From: Bacteroidia bacterium
GTDB lineage: Bacteria; Bacteroidota; Bacteroidia; UKL13-3
Assembly (NCBI GenBank): GCA_044351265.1
Contig: JBILGC010000001.1
Span: 30,167-94,166 of the forward strand
DNA: 64,000 nt
Direction: 5' to 3'
Shown one piece after another: positions 49,006 through 58,225 of the stretch. The notes below the pieces were generated by a model. It ran no database searches. It was given only the letters and a program-made list of their open reading frames with translations, and was not told the origin of the DNA. Position 1 is the stretch's first letter. Each line of letters starts with the position of its first letter. A program made the position numbers and the translations under genes.

Positions 49006-49070
49006 TTATGCTCTTTTAATCATTGGTTTTACGAAAGCGAAATGCGTTTCAGCTCTCTTGCATCTGCAAT

Positions 49071-49163
49071 GGAGCTATGCGCCCAATACCCGCAGCGTTT
49101 CGCGCGACAGATTATTTTCGCAGCGCGTGCAACGGCTTGTTGTAATTAGTTTTTTGTTTTCAT
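49071..49163 (+). repeat. mosaic repeat unit U4 (head joined almost directly to tail/linker; no cargo)
   Basis: ggagctatgcgcccaatacccgcag + 20 nt + ttttcgcagcgcgtgcaacggcttgttgtaattagttttttgttttcat. The tail/linker is identical to the 44451-44499 tail/linker apart from one C/T change. Confidence 0.8.
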
Positions 49164-49383
49164 GGGTCTATGCGCCCCATACCCGCAGTAACTTTTGCCT
49201 TGATCCTTCGGCAAGCTCAGGACAAGCAAAAGTTACCAAAAGATCAAGGGCGGATGATAGCGTTGCACCAAAGCTACTGCATTGGATAGCCACGCAATCC
49301 AAGCCGCTTCGCTTCCGGATTGCTTGCACAGCCCATTTCTTCATCCAACGCCTTGTTTGTTTGGCAACCCTATCAAAGGCCCC
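49164..49383 (+). repeat. mosaic repeat unit U5 (head + enlarged hairpin + ~135-nt core; no tail)
   Basis: Head gggtctatgcgccccatacccgcag. Hairpin CCTTGATC(36 nt)GATCAAGG. The core ggcggatgatagcgttgcacc...ctatcaaaggccc is about 93% identical to the U2/U3 core. Confidence 0.85.
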
Positions 49384-49462
49384 ATTGTATGGAGCATAAA
49401 TTAAGCTTTAACCTATCGAAACCTTTGTACTTATTCAATACTACCGTTGAGGCATCGGCAAT

Positions 49463-49496
49463 AAAAAACCCGAACCAACTGATGATTCGGGTTTTC
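49463..49496 (-). terminator. rho-independent terminator after gap
   Basis: aacccgaa-(12 nt)-ttcgggtt with an A run on the plus strand (T run on the coding strand), 22 nt past the stop at 49518. Confidence 0.75.
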
Positions 49497-49517
49497 ATTT
49501 GATTTAATTGAAGATTT

Positions 49518-50534
<1,017 letters not shown>

Positions 50535-50555
50535 TTAGTTTTTTTAAAACGGCTG

Positions 50556-50563
50556 CAAAGTTA
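50556..50563 (-). promoter_or_regulatory. -7 box TAACTTTG (minus strand) upstream of gap
   Basis: Plus-strand CAAAGTTA. It lies 40 nt upstream of ATG 50516. Confidence 0.4.
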
Positions 50564-50612
50564 CCCCTCCAAAATTTTTAAACAAATCTTTTTGTATATT
50601 AAAAAAGAGGGC

Positions 50613-50620
50613 TATTTTTG
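50613..50620 (+). promoter_or_regulatory. -7 box TATTTTTG upstream of tRNA-Glu
   Basis: Exact TAnnTTTG ending 12 nt before the mature tRNA 5' end. Confidence 0.5.
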
Positions 50621-50632
50621 CAGCCCTTTAAC

Positions 50633-50704
50633 GGCCCGTTCGTCTATCGGTTAGGACATCAGGTTTTCATCCTGGAAAGAGGGGTTCGATTCCCCTACGG
50701 GCTA
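50633..50704 (+). tRNA. tRNA-Glu (anticodon TTC)
   Basis: GGCCCGTTCGTCTATCGGTTAGGACATCAGGTTTTCATCCTGGAAAGAGGGGTTCGATTCCCCTACGGGCTA has a 7-bp acceptor stem (G1-U72), anticodon loop TT-TTC-AT, and a GGGGTTCGATTCCCC T-arm. CCA is not encoded. Confidence 0.9.
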
Positions 50705-50786
50705 CAAAAAGTAAAAAGCTTCACCACAAGATGAGGCTTTTTTTATGCAGTAAACTTTCGTTAGCAATTAATTTCATCAGCTTTTT
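50694..50786 (+). repeat. direct repeat copy 1 (last 11 nt of tRNA-Glu plus 82 nt of trailer)
   Basis: cctacgggctacaaaaagtaaaaagcttcacc...catcagcttttt has 3 mismatches in 93 nt against 50868-50960. It is followed by an inverted copy of the tRNA 3' end (gtagccctagggga, 50787-50800). Confidence 0.85.
50713..50744 (+). terminator. rho-independent terminator after tRNA-Glu (duplicated at 50887-50918)
   Basis: aaagcttca-(8 nt)-tgaggcttt with one G-U pair, followed by TTTTT. Confidence 0.65.
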
Positions 50787-50867
50787 GTAGCCCTAGGGGA
50801 ATACCCGCCCCACGGTCAGGCTCCTCGCTAAAATGATTCACCGAATCATTTTTTCACGCTCGGCCCT

Positions 50868-50960
50868 CCTACGGGCTACAAAAAGTAAAAAGCTTCACCA
50901 CAAGATGAGGCTTTTTTTATGCAGTATACTTTCGTTAGCAATAAATTTCATCAACTTTTT
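50868..50960 (+). repeat. direct repeat copy 2
   Basis: See copy 1; the period is 174 bp. It is followed by tagcccgtaggg (50961-50972), the exact reverse complement of tRNA positions 50693-50704. Confidence 0.85.
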
Positions 50961-51242
50961 TAGCCCGTAGGGTGTATGCGAAGCATACAGGTTTGCGCTT
51001 GCGTAAACCGAATCCCGATATAAAGGTGCTGCGAACATTGTGAGCATGCAACTCTTTATCGGGAATTCCCCTAGCGTTCTTTCCTCTTAAAGGTTTAAAA
51101 GAACATTAAATCTCAAAGTGAAGCTTTTTTTATGCATGTAAAATCTTGGGATGAACGATTTACTTAAACTCTTGAGTAAAAAACTAGGGCATAACGCTTA
51201 TGTTCACACTTAATCAAAACCAACATCAATACACCCAACTCC

Positions 51243-51962
51243 TCAATCATACAACTCAAACTTAATATGCTCTTTGGTATATCCCATTTTTGCCAACCTA
51301 TCGCGGGCTTCTTTTAGCATGGCACTCCAGCCGCATAAATAAAAATAGGCAGGCCTGTGGTCGCTAAAAATTTCTTCATAAACCTCGTGCACATATCCGT
51401 GCCTGCCTTGCCATGTTTGCGCATCTTCTCTTGACAAAACAGGTATAAAGCTAAACTCAGGGTGCTGCTGCTGCAAGGTTTCCATTTCTTGTTTATATAA
51501 AATATCGCCCACCTTTCTGTTGCCAAAAATCATGTATATATTCTTGTGGGCTATGCCCCTGTTTAGGATGTGCAGCAACATGCTGCGCAAGGGCGCTATG
51601 CCGGTGCCGGTGGCAATAAAACACAGGTCGTGCTCAATGTTTGCCGGCAGGGTAAACTTGCCAATGGGGCCTGCCACGGGCACGATGGTGCCAACCGTGT
51701 AATTATTCCACATATAAGGTGTGCCCTGACCGGTAGGGTTTAATACAATAATCAGTTCAAACGTATTGTCATCTGCCGGTGCAGAGGCAATGGAATAGCT
51801 GCGGTAAGAGATTTTTGAATCAATTGGTAGATTTAGCATTACAAACTGCCCAGGTGTGAAATGGAATTTTTCCAAATGTGGCACCTTAAAAACAAAACGT
51901 TTCACTGCAGGTGTTTCCTGTTTTATATCAATAATCTCAGCATCGTAAAATTGTTGTTTCAT
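51243..51962 (-). CDS. ferredoxin-NADP reductase-type FAD/NAD(P)-binding oxidoreductase
   Basis: 239 aa. FAD motif RSYSIAS, NAD(P) motif FIATGTGIAPLRSM, and C-terminal CGWSAM. Confidence 0.85.
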   Translation of the reverse strand: MKQQFYDAEIIDIKQETPAVKRFVFKVPHLEKFHFTPGQFVMLNLPIDSKISYRSYSIASAPADDNTFELIIVLNPTGQGTPYMWNNYTVGTIVPVAGPIGKFTLPANIEHDLCFIATGTGIAPLRSMLLHILNRGIAHKNIYMIFGNRKVGDILYKQEMETLQQQHPEFSFIPVLSREDAQTWQGRHGYVHEVYEEIFSDHRPAYFYLCGWSAMLKEARDRLAKMGYTKEHIKFELYD

Positions 51963-52054
51963 AATGGCCGGGGTTTAATTGGCAGACTAAAACCTATTGC
52001 AACTAATACTGTTTTAATGGCATCTGTTCAATCGAAGATAAGAAATACGTCTTG

Positions 52055-52062
52055 TATTTTTG
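52055..52062 (+). promoter_or_regulatory. -7 box TATTTTTG upstream of the M6 protease gene
   Basis: Exact TAnnTTTG 52 nt upstream of ATG 52115. Confidence 0.4.
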
Positions 52063-52114
52063 CCCCTATTTATGATTATTTGTCGATTGAATATTAAACG
52101 CTATCCAAAAAAAC

Positions 52115-54484
52115 ATGAAACATAACCTGCTTCTATTGCTTCTATTGGTTTCAATCATGGCAAACGCCCAGCGCTCTATTTGCCCGGCTTCTCCATACCC
52201 CATGCAAATTGCACAAGCCGATGGGTCTGTGCTTACCATTAGAACGCATGGCAATGAAGCCATACATCATAAAGAGACAGAAGAAGGTTATACCATTTTA
52301 CCAAATGCGCAGGGCATTTATGAGTATGCCATTTTGGATAATAATGGCTACTTAACATTGAGTGGCATCAAGGCTGCTAATAAAATCAGTGAAACAGCTA
52401 TGCAAAAGAATTTGCCACTAAAACACCTTCGTTTTAACAGTGTGCAGGTTAAAGCCATTATGGATGATTTTAATGCCATGAATGCCGAAGCCATAGAGAT
52501 GGGGCGCATGTATAAAGGCACACCAAAAGTGAATTACCCAACCATGGGCAATTTAAAAATGCTGGCTATATGTATGCAGTTTCCGGATGAGCCTTCCATT
52601 TACCCGGTTTCAATAATTAATGATGTTTTGAACCAAACCAACTATAACGGAACCGGTAGTTTTAAAGATTATTTTATTGCCAACTCTTACGGCCAAAGCA
52701 ACCCTACTATTGATGTGGTGGGCTGGTATACCACCACTAAAAACAGGGAACAATATGGGCAAAAACTAAATAGTGGAGCAACCAATAGTGCCTACAATAC
52801 CAATGTAAGAGAACTGGTAACACGTGCACTTGACTCTGCCGACTTAAGGGGCAATGTAGATTTTACAAAATACGACAACGATAAAGATGGCGACATGGAC
52901 GGGGTTTTGATTTTCCATGCCGGCTATGGAGCAGAGCAAGGTGTAAATGGTTTTATATGGTCTCATCGCTCTAGCATTAGTGCTGTTTTTAAAGATGGCA
53001 TCTCCATCAGAGACTACTGCATAAACCCTGTTAAAAGAAGCTGGAATGGCGAGATACGAGCGGTAGGAATTGGTGTGCTTACGCATGAGTGGGGGCATAT
53101 TATGGGATTACCAGATTTGTATGATACCAATGATAATAATGGCCAATCGGAAGGCATAGGCGAGTGGGGCCTAATGGGCTCTTGCGGCTGGTTAAATCAG
53201 GAGCGCACACCTTGCATGCTTGAGGCTTGGTCGCGCATACAATTTGGTTGGCTTGATGAACGTATGCTGGTGCAACCCGGATCTTACCAGCTTAAAGCAG
53301 CAATAGATACGGGTGCATGCTATCGTATTAATACCACTAGACTTAACGAGTATTACCTATTAGAAAACCGACAGCGTAAAAGTTTTGATGCTGCGCTTAG
53401 AGGACGAGGTCTGGCCATTTGGCACATCAATACACAAAAAACCAGCTTGTATCCGGGCAGCAACTCGGTTAATGCCGATACAACTGTTTACGGTGTTGGG
53501 TTAAAGCAAGCCGATGGCAAGCAGGACCTTGAAAAAAATGTAAACCGCGGTGATGCAGGAGATTTATACCCCGGCACAACCAACAATGTATTTTTCAGTA
53601 ATGTTTCCAATCCGCCCGCCTTGCTTCATTATACAGTAGGTGGTGTGAGGCAGCCTTCCAATATTTCTATTTCCAATATTACTATGGGAGCAGATAGCAT
53701 TATCCGTTTTAAATTTGGTGCCGTTACTGCAGCAGGATTTCAGGCAAGTGCAACCCAAGGCTGTGTTCCGCTAGTAGTAGATTTTACAAACACCTCTACC
53801 GGTGCTTCATTTTTTGAATGGAAATTTGGCAATGATTCAAGTACCATAAATACTCAAGATGCTTCTTATACATTTAATAAACCAGGTACCTATGATGTTA
53901 CCTTATCGGTTAAAGACTCAAACAATGCCAATCCGGATGTGGTAACCTACACCATAATTGTTGACCCTTCTCCGGAGGCTTCGCTGAGGGTAGAACGCGG
54001 AGACAGTAACCTTATTAATTTTGTGAATACATCCAAAGGTGCCACATATTACTCTTGGCTATTCGGCACCAACCAAACAGACGGACGCGAATCGCCCACC
54101 TACAAATTAACTACACCCGGATTTTTAAAATACCGAATGATTGCATTTGGCAGCAATGGGTGTACCGATACTGTTTTTGGTGAAATAGATTTCTGGCCAA
54201 TGGGTGCAGCCGATTTACAATCGGTAATGGGTAATTTATATGCCTATCCAAACCCAACAAAAGGAGATGCAAGCATTCATCTAACATTGAAAAGTGCAGA
54301 GCATATAATGGCAGAGGTATACAATATGCTAGGCGAAAAAACAGGTGAAATTTATAATAGTAGTTTAACTGCCGGAGATCATCTGCTTGCTGTTGCACCC
54401 GAAATGATTGCTGCAGGTGGCATCTACTATATTAAGCTTACCGCAGGTAAGCAGCAATCCATTATTAAACTGGTTAAGCAATGA
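52115..54484 (+). CDS. T9SS-secreted M6-family (immune inhibitor A-like) zinc metalloprotease with two PKD domains
   Basis: 789 aa. Signal peptide MKHNLLLLLLLVSIMANAQ. Zinc site VLTHEWGHIMGLPDLYD. Two PKD-like repeats (GCVPLVVDFTNTS...YDVTLSV and INFVNTSKGAT...). C-terminal LYAYPNPTKGDASIHL...GIYYIKLTAGKQQSIIKLVKQ is a T9SS CTD. Confidence 0.88.
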   Translation: MKHNLLLLLLLVSIMANAQRSICPASPYPMQIAQADGSVLTIRTHGNEAIHHKETEEGYTILPNAQGIYEYAILDNNGYLTLSGIKAANKISETAMQKNLPLKHLRFNSVQVKAIMDDFNAMNAEAIEMGRMYKGTPKVNYPTMGNLKMLAICMQFPDEPSIYPVSIINDVLNQTNYNGTGSFKDYFIANSYGQSNPTIDVVGWYTTTKNREQYGQKLNSGATNSAYNTNVRELVTRALDSADLRGNVDFTKYDNDKDGDMDGVLIFHAGYGAEQGVNGFIWSHRSSISAVFKDGISIRDYCINPVKRSWNGEIRAVGIGVLTHEWGHIMGLPDLYDTNDNNGQSEGIGEWGLMGSCGWLNQERTPCMLEAWSRIQFGWLDERMLVQPGSYQLKAAIDTGACYRINTTRLNEYYLLENRQRKSFDAALRGRGLAIWHINTQKTSLYPGSNSVNADTTVYGVGLKQADGKQDLEKNVNRGDAGDLYPGTTNNVFFSNVSNPPALLHYTVGGVRQPSNISISNITMGADSIIRFKFGAVTAAGFQASATQGCVPLVVDFTNTSTGASFFEWKFGNDSSTINTQDASYTFNKPGTYDVTLSVKDSNNANPDVVTYTIIVDPSPEASLRVERGDSNLINFVNTSKGATYYSWLFGTNQTDGRESPTYKLTTPGFLKYRMIAFGSNGCTDTVFGEIDFWPMGAADLQSVMGNLYAYPNPTKGDASIHLTLKSAEHIMAEVYNMLGEKTGEIYNSSLTAGDHLLAVAPEMIAAGGIYYIKLTAGKQQSIIKLVKQ

Positions 54485-55158
54485 TAAAAGAGCTTATAGA
54501 ACTCTTTTTTCCGAACCTTTGTATTACATGTAACCACAACCTGCTTAAGCAGGAGGAGTTTGTATGCACCAGGTGCCTGTATGAGTTACCACAAACTAAT
54601 TACCATAAGTTTGCTGAAAACAATTTAGCCAAAACCTTTTGGGGGTGCGTGCCATTGCAGCATGCTTTTGCATTTTTATATTTTAGAAAAGATGGCGCTG
54701 TAAAATCTTTACTTCATACTCTTAAATACGCAGGAGGAAAAGAGGTGGCCATTTTTTTAGGAAGATACTATGGACAGAAACTAGCTGATGCAGGATTAAC
54801 ATATGATGCAGTGGTTGCTATCCCATTGCACCCAGATAAACTGCGCAAACGCGGATATAACCAGAGTGCCTGTTTTGCTGAGGGCCTTGCACAAAGCATG
54901 GGTATGGAAGATCTAAGTTTTGCTGTAGAAAGAGCAGTTGCTACCGAAACACAAACCAAGAAGGATCGTTTTGAAAGATGGCAAAACGTGGGTGAAGTAT
55001 TTAGGATTAGCGATGCAACTGCGCTAGCCAATAAAAAGTTGTTGGTGGTGGATGATGTGATTACAACGGGGGCAACAATTGAGGGGCTTTGCAAAGTAAT
55101 TCTTGCCGAAGTGCCCTGCACTATTGCTGTGGCTGCTATTGCCACTCCTCAAGATTAA
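54481..55158 (+). CDS. ComF-family phosphoribosyltransferase-like protein
   Basis: 225 aa. ATGA overlap with the upstream gene. N-terminal Cys pairs CITC..CTRC. C-terminal PRTase motif LLVVDDVITTGATI. Confidence 0.85.
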   Translation: MIKELIELFFPNLCITCNHNLLKQEEFVCTRCLYELPQTNYHKFAENNLAKTFWGCVPLQHAFAFLYFRKDGAVKSLLHTLKYAGGKEVAIFLGRYYGQKLADAGLTYDAVVAIPLHPDKLRKRGYNQSACFAEGLAQSMGMEDLSFAVERAVATETQTKKDRFERWQNVGEVFRISDATALANKKLLVVDDVITTGATIEGLCKVILAEVPCTIAVAAIATPQD

Positions 55159-55571
55159 GAGAGCATCATTTTTACATGCACAATATCGGCTTCTATAAAT
55201 TCATCACCTACAGGAACGAAACCGTGTTTTAGGTAAAAGTTTTTTGCGGTAATCTGTGCGTGTAAATATATTTCACGTCCATCTCTGGGAACCGATTGTA
55301 GCACCTTTTTTAAAATGGCAGCACCAACACCGCTGTTTCGGTATTCCTGTAATACAGCAAAACGCTCGAGTTTAATACCATTTGTTGTTTCTCTCCAACG
55401 AGCAGTGCCTGCAGGCTTTCCATCAAATGTTGCAAGAAAATGGTGCGATTCATCTTCATACTCCCACTCAATATCTTCAGGACAATTTTGTTCTATTACA
55501 AATACTACCTTCCTGATGGCATGTGCCTCATTTAATTCTGATTGATGCTGTATTTCTTTAACGTGAATCAT
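55155..55571 (-). CDS. GNAT-family N-acetyltransferase
   Basis: 138 aa. Acetyl-CoA binding motif RNSGVGAAILKKVL. The convergent stop overlaps the ComF stop in a shared TTAA. Confidence 0.85.
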   Translation of the reverse strand: MIHVKEIQHQSELNEAHAIRKVVFVIEQNCPEDIEWEYEDESHHFLATFDGKPAGTARWRETTNGIKLERFAVLQEYRNSGVGAAILKKVLQSVPRDGREIYLHAQITAKNFYLKHGFVPVGDEFIEADIVHVKMMLS

Positions 55572-55593
55572 TTGTTTAGTTTTAAGTTATAAG

Positions 55594-55663
55594 TGTTAAA
55601 TGTTGTATGTTCAATGTTCAATGTTAAATGTTAAATGTTGAATGCTGAATGTTGAGTGTTAAA
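55594..55663. repeat. 10 tandem imperfect heptamers TGTTNAA (TTNAACA on minus strand)
   Basis: The copies read tgttaaa tgttgta tgttcaa tgttcaa tgttaaa tgttaaa tgttgaa tgctgaa tgttgag tgttaaa. The array lies 23-92 nt upstream of the GNAT start codon. Confidence 0.9.
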
Positions 55664-55690
55664 TACTTCTCTCGTTTCTGATTTCATCGA

Positions 55691-58222
55691 CTAAAACTGT
55701 ATGCGTAAGCCCAAGTTTAGGCTCCACTTCCGGATATCATCATTATTCAGATAGCTGATGCGGTGTATCATACCAAGCGTAAGCAAACGAAAAATATTTT
55801 CTACACCATAACCCACCTCGGCATAAGGCTTATTGCCAAAAGTATAAACCGGAGATAAAGCCCTTCCTTGCGAATCGGTTTCCGGAAGAAATTGCCTGTT
55901 TGCATCTGTTAAGTGTCCATAAGCTGCTTTTACCAAAGCAAAATTGCGCAACTTCCATTTCTTTAATAAGGGAATACGGTTAAAAAATAATCCTTCAAAA
56001 TGTTGCACGTACATAATCTGGCTGTATTCATCTGCCACAAACTCATATAGATTCATTAAACTAAAATTAATGTCGTTATACAAAAAGGTAGCATTGCCTC
56101 TTGGCACCTCAAGCATGGTATAAGGTAACCGGCCAAGTGTTTTACCTACAGTTATGCTATAGTCGGCATTGCCCAGCAAACCTGTAGCAAAATGGTGCGT
56201 AACGTTTATCTGCAACTTATCGTAATTAAAGTTACCACCCAATAAATTTTTTATGCCCCGCGTATAAGCAAAAGTAAATTCCGGCCAACGAGATCTGGCA
56301 AGGCGCATGCGCTGATTGTTTCGCACTACGATATTTTCTTTAAAGGCGAATCTTAATTCAGCTGTTGCAGCAGTGTAGTTATACTCTTCGGCAATATTGC
56401 CATTGCTTGCAGATAAATCCGGATTTGGAATATATGCAAACACAAAATTACCCAATGGTTCAAAATGTCCGCGTGTTAAGCCAATCCGATAAGACCAGTC
56501 GCGATTATATTGGTGCATATAATTTAAACGGTACTCAATGGTTCGATTTATGCGGGCAGAGGCAGCACCCAAATTAATAGCAGCAAATAAATTTGATGCA
56601 CCGGTGTTGCGCTGGAGTGTATTGCTGTTAAAATCTGTTATGCCCAAAATATCATAATCGTTTTTATGAAAAGCGTTTATGGTAGACCATTTTTTTCGAG
56701 ATAGGATATACTCTGCTCCCAAACCATATTTAAACTTTCCATCCTTTACTCCATAGGCTAAATAACCCTGAAGGGTCCAGCGGTTAGAAAAGGCTATATT
56801 GGTTCTGAATCCAACACGAAATCGAATACTTTCCACCTCATTATAACCCACAAGAAAAACATAAGGACCGTAATCCAGTTTACCTTTTCGGTAGAAGCCT
56901 TCCAGTGCCAACCTAACAATATCGATATATGTTTTAATGACAGGAAGGTTTTGCACAGAATCAATCATGTTTAGCATTTGTTGCTCCACGTTGCTAAAAG
57001 GCTCAGTGCGCACGCTGTCCCAGTAATTCTCCTTTCGTAAATCTATGCTGTCACTTCTTTCTACCAACACATCAAAAAACGAATCGGGTAATTTTTTATT
57101 GATAACAAAGCCTGAGTTTGCGCGGTAAATTTTTGCAACAAAACCACTGCTGCTTTTTGTGAGTTGCGCTACATCTATAATGATTCGTGTTTTAGATGGC
57201 AACCACGGACCTGCATCTGTTTGCACCATCTCCTGCTGAATTTTTAGCCTGTCGATAAAATTCAAATTAGCAGTTGGCGAAATCTCGACATGAATTCTTT
57301 TCAGGGCAAACGTACCATCGGCAATCCAGATGGTACCCAAAAATCCCAGGTCTTCTTCCCTACGCAGATTGAGTTTAATTTTATAGCATTTATGCCCGTC
57401 TATATAATTCGTATCAAGCAGCGTGTATATATAATATGTATTGCTTCCTGTGGCAATGGGTGATATAAAATCCTTACCTAAAATGCGTAACCAGTTTTGA
57501 TTAAAATTAAACTGCAATGTTCCGGTGCCAAGCAAATCAGCAACGTAACCGCCCTGTTGTACTCCAAACCCTTTAATACTGCTGGCATCTATTATTTCTT
57601 TATATAATGAAGGTGATTTTTGTGCGTAATATCGGGAGTGCGTTTCACTTATAAAAAGAGGTACAATATACTTTCCATCTTCATTTTTCATTTGATGGGT
57701 GGTATCGAACAATGATTTAATGGGCCTAAGCATTACATTATTCTTCATCTCCTCGGAAATCTCGTTCATCGAAACGTCCATCTTGTTATAGCTATTGTAC
57801 TCAAAAGCATTCAAGTTAGATTGGTCATATGCATCTCGGTTTTGTTGTGCTTTTCTGATGATGCGCAATGCAGGATTTTCACCGGCTTTTATTACCACTT
57901 CTTTCAACTCTGTAGTAACAGGTTTCAGTTCCAATATCAAATATTGCTTTTGCCCTCGTTTAACTTTTTTATGCAATGCTTGGTAGCCCACATAACTCAC
58001 CACCAGCGAGTCTACATCAAGGCTTGTTTTGAGGGTAAAGTTTCCGTCAAAGTCTGTTGTAGTTCCTATGCGTGTGCCTTTAAAACCAACACTCACAAAA
58101 GGAAGAGGTTCGGGTCTGCCCTTTTCTAAAACGCGGCCGCTCACAATTGTTTCCTGCTGCGCTAATGCTGACAGAGAAAAACAAAATAATATAATGATGT
58201 AAAGTACTTTTTTAACAGCCAT
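55691..58222 (-). CDS. outer-membrane-type protein with N-terminal carboxypeptidase-regulatory-like (CarboxypepD_reg) domain (DUF5686-like)
   Basis: 843 aa. Signal peptide, then VSGRVLEKGRPEPLPFVSVGFKGTRIGTTTDFDGNFTL (CarbopepD_reg). The C-terminal half has alternating beta-strand character and ends ...LNLGLRIQF, a beta-barrel terminal Phe. Confidence 0.75.
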   Translation of the reverse strand: MAVKKVLYIIILFCFSLSALAQQETIVSGRVLEKGRPEPLPFVSVGFKGTRIGTTTDFDGNFTLKTSLDVDSLVVSYVGYQALHKKVKRGQKQYLILELKPVTTELKEVVIKAGENPALRIIRKAQQNRDAYDQSNLNAFEYNSYNKMDVSMNEISEEMKNNVMLRPIKSLFDTTHQMKNEDGKYIVPLFISETHSRYYAQKSPSLYKEIIDASSIKGFGVQQGGYVADLLGTGTLQFNFNQNWLRILGKDFISPIATGSNTYYIYTLLDTNYIDGHKCYKIKLNLRREEDLGFLGTIWIADGTFALKRIHVEISPTANLNFIDRLKIQQEMVQTDAGPWLPSKTRIIIDVAQLTKSSSGFVAKIYRANSGFVINKKLPDSFFDVLVERSDSIDLRKENYWDSVRTEPFSNVEQQMLNMIDSVQNLPVIKTYIDIVRLALEGFYRKGKLDYGPYVFLVGYNEVESIRFRVGFRTNIAFSNRWTLQGYLAYGVKDGKFKYGLGAEYILSRKKWSTINAFHKNDYDILGITDFNSNTLQRNTGASNLFAAINLGAASARINRTIEYRLNYMHQYNRDWSYRIGLTRGHFEPLGNFVFAYIPNPDLSASNGNIAEEYNYTAATAELRFAFKENIVVRNNQRMRLARSRWPEFTFAYTRGIKNLLGGNFNYDKLQINVTHHFATGLLGNADYSITVGKTLGRLPYTMLEVPRGNATFLYNDINFSLMNLYEFVADEYSQIMYVQHFEGLFFNRIPLLKKWKLRNFALVKAAYGHLTDANRQFLPETDSQGRALSPVYTFGNKPYAEVGYGVENIFRLLTLGMIHRISYLNNDDIRKWSLNLGLRIQF

Positions 58223-58225
58223 GCA

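Noticed and set aside
49058-49502. 113-aa and 60-aa plus-strand ORFs across repeat units U4/U5
   Set aside because: Same reasoning as for the first cluster. The shared peptide with 44463-44753 reflects nucleotide repeat identity, and the substitution pattern is not that of purifying selection on a protein.
50787-51076. The two acceptor-stem-closed inserts after tRNA-Glu as genuine extra tRNA genes
   Set aside because: Neither insert has a 7-nt anticodon loop on a 5-bp stem, a GTTCRANNC T-loop or a D-arm on either strand. Their lengths (93 and ~116 nt) and hairpin layout do not fit class I or class II tRNAs. They are kept as a finding, not called as tRNAs.
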